From sequence record DRR723986_1437: a DNA stretch of 64,000 nt; one strand, given 5' to 3'. The notes beneath the pieces were generated by a model. It was given only the letters and a program-made list of their open reading frames with translations, was not told the origin of the DNA and did no database searches. Position numbers and translations under genes: made by a program. Each line of letters begins with the position of its first letter. Within the stretch, counting starts at the first letter, position 1. Below are positions 48,631 through 57,572 of the stretch, one piece after another.

Positions 48631-49854
48631 ATGACTTTTTTCATGTCCCGCACAGGCCTTGCAGCCTGTGCCCTGCTTTGTGCGCCACTGTTATCTGCCT
48701 GCCTGGGTGGCAATTCCGACACAGGCAGCGCCAGCACCGCAAGAACCAGTTCCAACGAAACACGCCCCAATGTGTTTGAGCCCGCCAACTTCACACCCCT
48801 GCCCGCAGCGGGCACTGCGAGTGCCGAACTTCAAGCCACGCGTGAACGCATTCTGGGCCCCAATGCCATGGACCCTGAACAAGTGAAGTTCTGGTGGGTG
48901 GGTGTGTCCAGCTTCATTGTGAGCATGAAGGGTCATTTGTTCTTGATGGACGCTTGGGAAATTGTGGGCGTGCATGCCAACTACGTACCGATTGGCCGCG
49001 AGGAACTTGCCGCCATTCAACCCGAGGCAATCTTCATTGGCCACGGCCACTTTGACCACGCTGCGGATGCCGGCTATGTGGCCGGCTTGAGCAACGCCCT
49101 GCTGGTTGCAGGCAGCAATGTGTGCGACATAGCCCGGGAGCGCGCCGCCAGTGAGGGCATACCCAACAGCTTTCCGTGCCTGAACCTGGGCGACCAAACC
49201 AACCCGGGTGCTGGAAGCACACGCGCCATTCAAATTTGGGAAGATGTCGAGCCCGTGCATGTTGTACAGCATACTCACTCTGCCGCTGAACCCACCGACC
49301 TGCTCAGCGGTGGTATGCCGCTTGTGTACATTCCCGACGTGCTGACCTACCCCACTTACCTGAACACCAGCCTGGCCGAGGCACTTCGGTTTGTGGGCAC
49401 GCTTCGCGACGACGGTGGTGTGGGCCAACCCGCGGGTGGCACCTGGGCCTATCACTTCCGCGCAGGCGACTTTGCCTGGTTTTGGCACAACTCCACCGGA
49501 GTGATGAAAGCAGGCAATGCAGAAAGCGAAGCCGTGGCCAACGCCTTGGTCAAATTGCCCGAATGCGTGGATGTGCAACTGAATGCAATTGTGGGTTTTG
49601 GTTTGGTGACCAGTGCCTACCGCGACGCCCTGGCCTATGTGGCCTTGACCAAACCCAAAGTGGCCTTGCCCAACCACCACGACGCCTGGACACCCGGTAT
49701 TGGGGGTGGGGCCTCGGCTTATGAAAACAGTTGGCTGGAGGCTGTCAGCAAGCTGCCCAACCCACCCGAAGTAGATTACCTGCGCGACCCGGTGGACTAT
49801 ATGAAACCGCGCAGCTACAACATCAATGACCCACGCTGGGCGGGTGGCTGCTGA
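48631..49854 (+). CDS. Metallo-beta-lactamase-fold lipoprotein
   Basis: LSAC lipobox; GHGHFDHAAD; PNHHD. Confidence 0.75.
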   Translation: MTFFMSRTGLAACALLCAPLLSACLGGNSDTGSASTARTSSNETRPNVFEPANFTPLPAAGTASAELQATRERILGPNAMDPEQVKFWWVGVSSFIVSMKGHLFLMDAWEIVGVHANYVPIGREELAAIQPEAIFIGHGHFDHAADAGYVAGLSNALLVAGSNVCDIARERAASEGIPNSFPCLNLGDQTNPGAGSTRAIQIWEDVEPVHVVQHTHSAAEPTDLLSGGMPLVYIPDVLTYPTYLNTSLAEALRFVGTLRDDGGVGQPAGGTWAYHFRAGDFAWFWHNSTGVMKAGNAESEAVANALVKLPECVDVQLNAIVGFGLVTSAYRDALAYVALTKPKVALPNHHDAWTPGIGGGASAYENSWLEAVSKLPNPPEVDYLRDPVDYMKPRSYNINDPRWAGGC

Positions 49855-49863
49855 CCCACCACA

Positions 49864-50679
49864 TCACATGCCAGGCACGCCCCGGCGAATGACTTCCGAA
49901 AAGTTTTCGCCGGCCTGCATGGTTTTGGCACGGGGCACTATGTAGCCTTTTTCCTGAAGCTCGGAATAAGCGAAACCCTCAACCAAACCGCCCTGCGCAT
50001 GCGCGTACTCCGCGAAGTACCCACTAAGCAGCAAGCGGTAATCCAAGGGCAAATCAGGCACAATTCGTTTGGCGATATCAAATACCACGGTGGTGCAATT
50101 GCTGGTCAGCGTGTTGTAAAACTCGGGGGTTTTTTCCAGTTTGCTCGCCTGCTCCACATAAGCCAAAAACAAGGTTTTCAATTGTTCGGGCGGAATGGCC
50201 AAGCGAAACACGTACACATCTTCACCGCGTGCATTGCTGCGGGTTTTAATAATATCCGCCTCATCGGCTGCCACCAAAATGGCCTCGTACTGCCTGAAAA
50301 ACCCCTTCCATGCAGAAAACTTTTCCCCTTGCTCTTTTCGGATTTCGAGTGAAAAAGTAAGGTACTGGCCATCGGCAAAACCGAACGACACCAGGGTGTG
50401 AGCAATTGCGGGCCCCATCCAGTACGAGAGCACCAAGTCTGCAGTTTGCAACTGGCTTAAATCGTATTCACGTGTTTCCCAACGCGGGGTGTAATCGGTT
50501 TCTGTGCGCCACTCAAAGTTGCGCACATTTTTCAATACCACTTGATTACCCTTCACATCGGCATGCAGCATGTGGGCCACATCATCAGCCCATTGCCGGT
50601 TGTGACTGGGTTTTTGAAGAAACCACCATGTTGCAAATGCCCCCAAGGCGATCAGCAAAAACAACAGCAGCGTACGCAT
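49864..50679 (-). CDS. DUF4105/Lnb N-terminal domain protein
   Basis: AHTLVSFGF, FYNTLTSNCTT; N-terminal TM. Confidence 0.8.
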   Translation of the reverse strand: MRTLLLFLLIALGAFATWWFLQKPSHNRQWADDVAHMLHADVKGNQVVLKNVRNFEWRTETDYTPRWETREYDLSQLQTADLVLSYWMGPAIAHTLVSFGFADGQYLTFSLEIRKEQGEKFSAWKGFFRQYEAILVAADEADIIKTRSNARGEDVYVFRLAIPPEQLKTLFLAYVEQASKLEKTPEFYNTLTSNCTTVVFDIAKRIVPDLPLDYRLLLSGYFAEYAHAQGGLVEGFAYSELQEKGYIVPRAKTMQAGENFSEVIRRGVPGM

Positions 50680-51452
50680 CAGGCAAAGGCCTTTCGAGTG
50701 GCTTCGTCAGCGGGGAACAAATGTTCAATTCTTAACGATGCCGCAGTGATGTCCAAAGGCGCCCCGAAACTGGTGAAAGTTGACACAAAGCGAAGCTCAC
50801 CCACCGTACTTTTAAACCGCGTTACCAAGGTGGGGTTGTTGAAGTTCTGTGGCTGTTTGGTATCGAACATCGATTGCGGAATTTGCTTCAACATGGCCTG
50901 TAAGGCGGGCACATGCAAAGCCTCACGCTGCGCCCTTTTCAGCACGTCACCCAGCACCTCAGCCGGGTTCTGCAAACGTGTGGCCAAGCCACCGGGTGCA
51001 GTCAGCGCCAGCAATACATTGGGTGTGGCTTGTAATGCGGCCAAGTCAAATTCCAGCAATTGCAACAAACGTACAAAGCTGGGGTTGAATTTCAGCAAAT
51101 TCCATTCACTGTCCAACACCATGGCCGGGGCTGCGTGCTGTGCAGTCAACATCAAATCAATCACCTCATTGATGGTGTCCATTTCACGGTGATCAATCGG
51201 TCGACTACCAAACAAGGGCGCAAATCCCGCAGCCACCAGCGCTTCATTGCGCTCATTCAGCGGAGCATCCAAACCCTCCAGCAGTGCCAACAGCATGTCT
51301 TTGCTGGCGCTGGCTTTGCCTGTTTCAATGCAACTTAAATGGCGCTGGGAAACGCCAACGCGCAAGGCCAAATCAAGTTGGCTGACCTTTTGTCGAGTGC
51401 GTAATTCGCGCAGGCGAATTCCGGCGGTATGGGTGGGGGCTTGTGTATGCAT
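50679..51452 (-). CDS. XRE-family HTH regulator with MmyB-like ligand-binding domain
   Basis: SQLDLALRVGVSQRHLSCIETGK; FGAPLDIT..LRIEHLFPAD. Confidence 0.85.
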   Translation of the reverse strand: MHTQAPTHTAGIRLRELRTRQKVSQLDLALRVGVSQRHLSCIETGKASASKDMLLALLEGLDAPLNERNEALVAAGFAPLFGSRPIDHREMDTINEVIDLMLTAQHAAPAMVLDSEWNLLKFNPSFVRLLQLLEFDLAALQATPNVLLALTAPGGLATRLQNPAEVLGDVLKRAQREALHVPALQAMLKQIPQSMFDTKQPQNFNNPTLVTRFKSTVGELRFVSTFTSFGAPLDITAASLRIEHLFPADEATRKAFA

Positions 51453-51486
51453 GTGCTCATACTGCCACGGAAAATTTCTGAAATCT

Positions 51487-51503
51487 ATGACCTCGCAGGT
51501 TAT
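51487..51503. promoter_or_regulatory. Palindromic operator candidate
   Basis: ATGACCT-CGC-AGGTTAT between the divergent regulator and membrane protein genes. Confidence 0.55.
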
Positions 51504-51575
51504 TGCTGCAATGACCCTGACCTCATCAAACTGGTGTTGAACTGATTCACTTTCAACCACGCGAGGAGACCTGCC

Positions 51576-52031
51576 ATGCAAACCAGCACCATGCACAACC
51601 GTGCAACAAGCACGCCCACCTTTTGGATCAACTGGCTCACCTACACCGCCGAATTCACAGTGCTGTTTGGCCTGCTCATGGTGCTTGCACCAGGGCTGAC
51701 TCAACAGGCTTTTGGATTGTTGATGTTCCAGAATGCCGAACAGTTTGCAGCTTTCGACCCACAAGCCACTGCTTATATTGAACTGGCCCATGCGGTGATG
51801 GGCTCAGTGCTGGTGGGTTGGGGTGCGCTGATCTTCATGCTGGTGCGCAAACTGAACATTGAGGACGCCAAACAGACCTGCAACATGATCACGATTTCCG
51901 TATTGCTTTGGTATGTACCCGACACCGCATTTTCGCTGTACAGCGGCTTCTGGCAAAACGCGGTTCTGAATTCCGGGTTTGCTGTGTTGTATGCGGTGCC
52001 CTTGCTGGCTTTGCGCAAGTATTACAGGTAA
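51576..52031 (+). CDS. Hypothetical 4-TM membrane protein
   Basis: 151 aa, four hydrophobic segments; GAGGAG RBS. Confidence 0.75.
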   Translation: MQTSTMHNRATSTPTFWINWLTYTAEFTVLFGLLMVLAPGLTQQAFGLLMFQNAEQFAAFDPQATAYIELAHAVMGSVLVGWGALIFMLVRKLNIEDAKQTCNMITISVLLWYVPDTAFSLYSGFWQNAVLNSGFAVLYAVPLLALRKYYR

Positions 52032-52119
52032 GGCATTTTCATCCACAAGCCATGAAATTCAAGGGAACCACCGCCACGGATTAATTACTCAAGGAGCTAC
52101 ACCACTTACTTTTGATCGC

Positions 52120-52995
52120 ATGTCCTCAAGGCCTCTTATACAAGGTCGCGCACAAATCCTGATCGGCGACACCACCAGTCACGGTGGTGTGGTCATCTCG
52201 GGCAGCCCCACCACATCGGTTGAAGGCCGACCCATCGCCAGGGTCGGCGACATGGTCACCTGTCCTTTGTGCAAACCCCATGTATTCCCGATTGTCGAGG
52301 GACTCTGCACATTCACCGACAACTACATGGCGGTGGCCCTGCACGGTCACAAAATTGCGTGTGGTGCCACCTTGATCGCATCAGCAGCAAACCACCCCCC
52401 AAACTCACCAGCACCCGATACCCCCTCCACGGCTTCTCCACTAAAAGGCAAACTCGGGCAAAGCATTGACACATTAATTGGCAAGTCGCCAACACTGGTT
52501 AATAACCTGAATACTCTGCAGAGTCAGGGCTGGAAGGTCGACTACGGAGCGGCGGGAGGCGGGTCCTATGCCAACCGCAGAGAGAAAACGATTACCCTGG
52601 ACGGCAATCTGAGAGGCGATGCCAATCAGGCTACGCAGGTTTTAGCCCATGAAGTGGGCCACGCCTTGCACCCTTATCAGTTAGACACCAGCTCAAGGCA
52701 GGCATACCTTAACGGCACCCTGGATGACGAGGGGGCTGCCACCATGAAGAACATTCAGGTTCAACGAGAAATCATTCAAGCAGGTGGCCCCGACATCGGT
52801 ATTGCCGGCAACCCGAAAAACCATGCAAGCTATATTCGGGCTTACAACCAGTACTTAAAAGATGGCAATGCTCAAAACGCCTATCGAAAAATTGGCTCAC
52901 AACTCGGTGCCAATGAAATCACATCGACAACAGGTCAAAATTATGCAGACTATTACGGTGGCTGGTATGACAAAAATTATGGTGGGAAAAAGTAA
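52120..52995 (+). CDS. PAAR-domain T6SS effector with C-terminal HEXXH metallopeptidase-like domain
   Basis: GDTTSHGG, IARVGDMVTCPLC, HGHKIACGATLI; P/S linker; LAHEVGH...DEG. Confidence 0.82.
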   Translation: MSSRPLIQGRAQILIGDTTSHGGVVISGSPTTSVEGRPIARVGDMVTCPLCKPHVFPIVEGLCTFTDNYMAVALHGHKIACGATLIASAANHPPNSPAPDTPSTASPLKGKLGQSIDTLIGKSPTLVNNLNTLQSQGWKVDYGAAGGGSYANRREKTITLDGNLRGDANQATQVLAHEVGHALHPYQLDTSSRQAYLNGTLDDEGAATMKNIQVQREIIQAGGPDIGIAGNPKNHASYIRAYNQYLKDGNAQNAYRKIGSQLGANEITSTTGQNYADYYGGWYDKNYGGKK

Positions 52996-53521
52996 TGCGG
53001 GTCGAAAACTGCTCCTGTTGTTTGCCCTGCTCTACAGCGCCAGCCAACCGATTACACACGCGTCAAAGGACAACACAATGATCAATCTGAACCGTTCCAT
53101 CTGGAATTTGATCGACGATATTCAAACCCAGTCTTCGCTCACTTTGGCGCATGTCGAAAAAACACTGGTTCAAACACTTGCCCACGACACTCGACATTCC
53201 AATGAGTATTTCAAGTTTTACAAGGGTCAAAGTATTCAATTCGCAGGTGAGGTCAAGGTGAGCACAATTGATCTTCGACTGCCTCAGCAAGGCGCGCAAA
53301 GCCCAGGTATGTTACTGATGTACTTGGAAGGCGAATGCATCACCATGCCTCAGCTAAATCAACAATACGAGAACCTGAAGATCACCGAAATTCCTCGTGG
53401 TAAATCTTTGGAGGAAGCAACCACCTACACCGCCAATAACTCCTGGGGAGAAATCGACTTCGGTTTTCAGATGAAGAAACCAGATTGCCTGGCCTATGTG
53501 ATTCTAAAACCGGTGAAATAA
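52979..53521 (+). CDS. Probable periplasmic immunity protein
   Basis: Overlaps the toxin stop; signal peptide RKLLLLFALLYSASQPITHA; two Cys. Confidence 0.65.
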   Translation: MVGKSNAGRKLLLLFALLYSASQPITHASKDNTMINLNRSIWNLIDDIQTQSSLTLAHVEKTLVQTLAHDTRHSNEYFKFYKGQSIQFAGEVKVSTIDLRLPQQGAQSPGMLLMYLEGECITMPQLNQQYENLKITEIPRGKSLEEATTYTANNSWGEIDFGFQMKKPDCLAYVILKPVK

Positions 53522-53592
53522 GTGCACTTTGGCGGGTAAAAGCATAAAATACGGCCTTGATCCGAAAAACAGATCCACAAGGTACACCCGCC

Positions 53593-55215
53593 ATGATCCG
53601 CTTGTCCGAGTTGAAGCTTCCACTCGACCATCCTGAAGACGCCCTGCCCGCATTAATTTGCAGCACCCTGAAAGTTTCAGCTGACCAGCTCAAAAGCTTC
53701 ACTATTTACAAGCGCAGCTACGACGCCCGAAAACAAAAACTGCTGTTGGTGTACATCGTGGATGTGGAACTGGACAGCGCCCGGCTTGAAGCGCAGTTGT
53801 TGTCGAAATTCACCACCAACTCGCACATTCGGCCTGCGCCCGACATGGTCTACCAGTTGCCAGTGAAATTGAACGAAGCTCCTGCCATTCGCCCGGTGGT
53901 AATTGGCTTTGGCCCCTGCGGTATTTTCGCTGCGATGATGCTGGCGCAAATGGGCTTCAAACCCATTGTGATTGAACGTGGCAAACAGGTACGCGAACGC
54001 ACCAAAGACACCTGGAGCCTGTGGCGCAAACGTATATTGCACACCGAATCGAACGTGCAGTTTGGCGAAGGCGGCGCCGGTACATTTTCAGACGGCAAAC
54101 TGTACAGCCAAATTAAAGACCCACGTTTTCTTGGTCGAAAAGTGATGACCGAGTTTGTCAAGGCTGGCGCACCCGAGGAAATTTTGCTGGTCAGCAAACC
54201 CCACATTGGCACCTTCCGCCTGGTGAAAGTGGTAGAAAACATGCGCGAGCAGATCATCGCCATGGGCGGTGAAATTCGCTTCCAACAACGCGTCTGCGAC
54301 TTTCAAATTGAAGACGGCCACATTCGCGGCCTGACCATTGAGAACCTGAAGGACGGTGGCATTTACGAACTGCGCGCAGACCATGTGGTGCTGGCGCTGG
54401 GCCACAGTTCCCGCGACACCTTTGCCAAGCTACACGAGCGCGGTGTCTACATGGAAGCAAAGCCGTTTTCGGTGGGCTTTCGCATCGAACACCCACAGGG
54501 GCTGATCGACCGGGCCCGCCTGGGGCAACACGCAGGCCACCCCCTGCTGGGCGCAGCCGACTACAAACTGGTGCACCATGCTGCCAATGGCCGATCGGTG
54601 TACAGCTTTTGCATGTGCCCCGGCGGCACCGTGGTGGCTGCCACGTCAGAAGAAAACCGGGTGGTGACCAACGGCATGAGCCAGTATTCCCGCAACGAAC
54701 GCAACGCCAACGCCGGCATCGTGGTGGGCATTAGCCCGGCCGACTATCCCGGTGGCCCACTGGCAGGCATCGCCTTTCAACGCAAGCTTGAATCCAATGC
54801 CTTTGTGATGGGCGGCAGCAACTACGAGGCACCCGGACAATTGGTGGGCGACTTCATTGCGGGTAAAGCATCGACTGAACTGGGCAGCGTAGAACCATCG
54901 TACAAACCCGGCGTCAAAATGACTGACCTGGCCGACGCATTGCCCGAATACGCAATCACGGCCATGCGTGAAGCCTTGCCGGCATTCGGCAAAAAAATCA
55001 AAGGTTTCGACATGCACGACGCCGTGTTGACCGGCGTAGAAACCCGTACTTCGTCGCCACTGCGAATTACGCGCGGCGACGACTTCCAAAGTTTGAATGT
55101 CAAAGGCCTTTACCCTGCCGGCGAAGGTGCCAGCTACGCTGGTGGTATTTTGTCAGCCGGTGTAGATGGCATTGAAGTGGCCGAAGCAGTGGCGAGAAAT
55201 TTGGTGGGGGGTTAA
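53593..55215 (+). CDS. NAD(P)/FAD-dependent oxidoreductase
   Basis: GFGPCG, FGEGGAGTFSDGKL, FCMCPGG, ETRTSSP. Confidence 0.88.
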   Translation: MIRLSELKLPLDHPEDALPALICSTLKVSADQLKSFTIYKRSYDARKQKLLLVYIVDVELDSARLEAQLLSKFTTNSHIRPAPDMVYQLPVKLNEAPAIRPVVIGFGPCGIFAAMMLAQMGFKPIVIERGKQVRERTKDTWSLWRKRILHTESNVQFGEGGAGTFSDGKLYSQIKDPRFLGRKVMTEFVKAGAPEEILLVSKPHIGTFRLVKVVENMREQIIAMGGEIRFQQRVCDFQIEDGHIRGLTIENLKDGGIYELRADHVVLALGHSSRDTFAKLHERGVYMEAKPFSVGFRIEHPQGLIDRARLGQHAGHPLLGAADYKLVHHAANGRSVYSFCMCPGGTVVAATSEENRVVTNGMSQYSRNERNANAGIVVGISPADYPGGPLAGIAFQRKLESNAFVMGGSNYEAPGQLVGDFIAGKASTELGSVEPSYKPGVKMTDLADALPEYAITAMREALPAFGKKIKGFDMHDAVLTGVETRTSSPLRITRGDDFQSLNVKGLYPAGEGASYAGGILSAGVDGIEVAEAVARNLVGG

Positions 55216-55235
55216 CTGCTTCAGCTTTGTTAGTC

Positions 55236-55580
55236 TTAATCGTGGCTTTGAGGCAGGTCTGGATGCCTCGGTACGCACGGTTCCTTAGCAATGCTGATAC
55301 CGATGCAACAGGCTACACAGCAGGCAGCACTCACAGAGGCAGTAAGAGTCGAGGCCAAAGAAGCTCCTAATTTGGCACTGACAATCGGAGAGGCTATCAA
55401 TATGCCCAAGGTTCCGGCAGTACCAGTGATTTTCCCCATTAGCGCAGAGTTTCTTCTGCATGGCGACGCCTCAAACTCTCGACGCTCGATATGGTACTCA
55501 GCCATGTTACGCGCATGAATTAGATCAGAGTCGCTCATGGTTTGGACAGCAGGGGGACTGATTGCAAATGATGAATTCAT
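55236..55580 (-). CDS. Hypothetical small membrane protein, candidate effector
   Basis: 114 aa from ATG 55580 (AGAGG RBS); long bilobed hydrophobic segment with AACCVACC; hrp box upstream. Confidence 0.6.
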   Translation of the reverse strand: MNSSFAISPPAVQTMSDSDLIHARNMAEYHIERREFEASPCRRNSALMGKITGTAGTLGILIASPIVSAKLGASLASTLTASVSAACCVACCIGISIAKEPCVPRHPDLPQSHD

Positions 55581-55608
55581 ATAAACCTCTGTTGTGAGTA
55601 GGGACTGC

Positions 55609-55636
55609 TGAGTAGTCGCGTGCATGAAGTGGTTCC
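55609..55636 (-). promoter_or_regulatory. hrp box (HrpL-type ECF promoter)
   Basis: Minus strand GGAACC-N15-CTACTCA. Confidence 0.68.
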
Positions 55637-55873
55637 ATTCCTGTTCAGAACACCTCCACCCATTTGTAGCCCCAAATTACACCTCATCAAATAATTCATT
55701 CAACGAAGGTTTCCTGATACATTCGAAGAGATGATCGTACACACCGGCTGCAGATCGAACTTCCTCGACGACGAGTCATACGATCAAATTCAAGAAGTCT
55801 TTCACCGACAAGAAAACACGCACAAACTTTCAGGTACCGGTGAATGGTTTTCAAACACATGGAGGCCGTACCC

Positions 55874-56371
55874 ATGTTGAACAAATATGAGGGGTTGAAC
55901 CTGCCGATCGTGCAAGCCTGTCAGAATGCCGCCAACAGCGTACCGGTTATCGATTTGAAGTTAGCCGCCGAGCAGTTTGGCAACTACCAACAGGCTGACA
56001 CGTTTGACCATGTAGTACTGCCCGCACACCTGCACGCGAGCGAAGGCTATTTTTTAGCCCGCGTTGAAGGTGATTCAATGAACAAACGCATACCACCGGG
56101 TGCATGGTGCCTCTTTCACTTCAACCCGCAAGGCACACGCAACGGAAAAATTGTACTGGTACAACACCGCCGCATTTCAGACCCTGAACTGGGTGGGCAA
56201 TACACCATTAAACGCTACAAAAGCGAAAAACATTTCGGTGAAAATGGCGTAGTGAACAGCGTGATTGTGTTGAAACCCGAATCGACGAACGACAAGCATG
56301 AAGCGATTGTGCTGAGCGCTGAGGATGCGGAAGAAATGGTGGTGGTGGCGGAGTTTCTGACGGTGGTTTGA
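55874..56371 (+). CDS. S24/LexA-type peptidase domain protein without HTH
   Basis: ARVEGDSMN and YTIKRY Ser/Lys dyad; GGAGG RBS before ATG 55874. Confidence 0.75.
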   Translation: MLNKYEGLNLPIVQACQNAANSVPVIDLKLAAEQFGNYQQADTFDHVVLPAHLHASEGYFLARVEGDSMNKRIPPGAWCLFHFNPQGTRNGKIVLVQHRRISDPELGGQYTIKRYKSEKHFGENGVVNSVIVLKPESTNDKHEAIVLSAEDAEEMVVVAEFLTVV

Positions 56372-56524
56372 AGGGTTTGCTGTTGTTATTCTTCATCACC
56401 TTCACTCACCCCCGTCAATTCAAACCAAACCATCCCCCTCAACCGCTTGGAATAACCCTTCATTTCTACCCCTTAAAACCTTTCACGCATACTGCGGCTT
56501 GCCTCGTTTTTATCTTGCTTCGTC

Positions 56525-57553
56525 ATGAACACCCAAGCCCGCACATTTCACGAAGACCACCTGAAGCGCAAAGCGCAATCGCTGCAACTGGCCTACACAC
56601 GTGCGCTAAATAACCACGATGGTTCAGCACCGCTATACCTGTATCAGGAAATGGATTTTCTGGGCCACTTTGAACCCGACAACCATGTAAGCCTGGCGAT
56701 GGTGCCAGAGGTAATGCAGCAAGACCCTGTGGCTGGGGTCATGCTGATGACATCGCAATTGAACACACAGCAAACCAGTTCGCTAGTAGGTGCATTTGAA
56801 AAGGGCACAGTGAGCGCTGCCCTGCTTGCTCAGTTGTTTGGTGCAACCAACCTGCCAGGTAACCTGGCTAATTTGATCGAGGCTGCTGCCAAAGCGCGCT
56901 TTACTTCAAAAATGAAAACTGAATTGCGAGCCACACTGGCCAGCGGTAAACCGCGCACGGTGAAACTTGGCAACGGTGTGGAACTGAAAGCTGTGGGCCT
57001 TAAAGGCCCAAACCAGTTTGGCAAACACGCCGATGTGCTTATTCGCGTTCGTCAAACCAATGCCAAACAAATTACCTTGCTAGAGAAAAATCAATTTCAA
57101 CAAATCAGCAAGAACATGAGCACCAAATCACAGGGGCACAACGCATTCAAATATGACAAGGTACTCAGCTTGAGCAGGCAAGCCTCGGATGAAATGTGGG
57201 AGTTACGCAGGCTGACTGGAGCACCCTGGTTAAGCTCTATCAAAGTTGGTGGTGTTCTTGGCCTAGCGCCAACTTTAATCAGCGACATCATGAACAACTA
57301 CAACCACCACGCCACTTTGGGACAACGTGTCAACTGGCAACAATTCGGTGTGGATACGGCAACCAATCAAACCGGCAATTTGCTGGCAATGGGTGGAGGC
57401 GCAATAGTGGCAACATTGGCAATCGCAGGTGGCTTAGCTGGGGCGCCGTTAGTCATAGTTGCCTTAGGCGCTGGTTTATTCATTGGGGCACTTTACCAAG
57501 CCACTGCTGCGGATGACTGGGTAAAGAACAAAGCAAAGATTCTGTTCAACTAA
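56525..57553 (+). CDS. Hypothetical protein, candidate pore-forming toxin
   Basis: 342 aa; C-terminal Gly/Ala-rich hydrophobic hairpin. Confidence 0.6.
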   Translation: MNTQARTFHEDHLKRKAQSLQLAYTRALNNHDGSAPLYLYQEMDFLGHFEPDNHVSLAMVPEVMQQDPVAGVMLMTSQLNTQQTSSLVGAFEKGTVSAALLAQLFGATNLPGNLANLIEAAAKARFTSKMKTELRATLASGKPRTVKLGNGVELKAVGLKGPNQFGKHADVLIRVRQTNAKQITLLEKNQFQQISKNMSTKSQGHNAFKYDKVLSLSRQASDEMWELRRLTGAPWLSSIKVGGVLGLAPTLISDIMNNYNHHATLGQRVNWQQFGVDTATNQTGNLLAMGGGAIVATLAIAGGLAGAPLVIVALGAGLFIGALYQATAADDWVKNKAKILFN

Positions 57554-57572
57554 TCAAAATTAGGACTGAATA

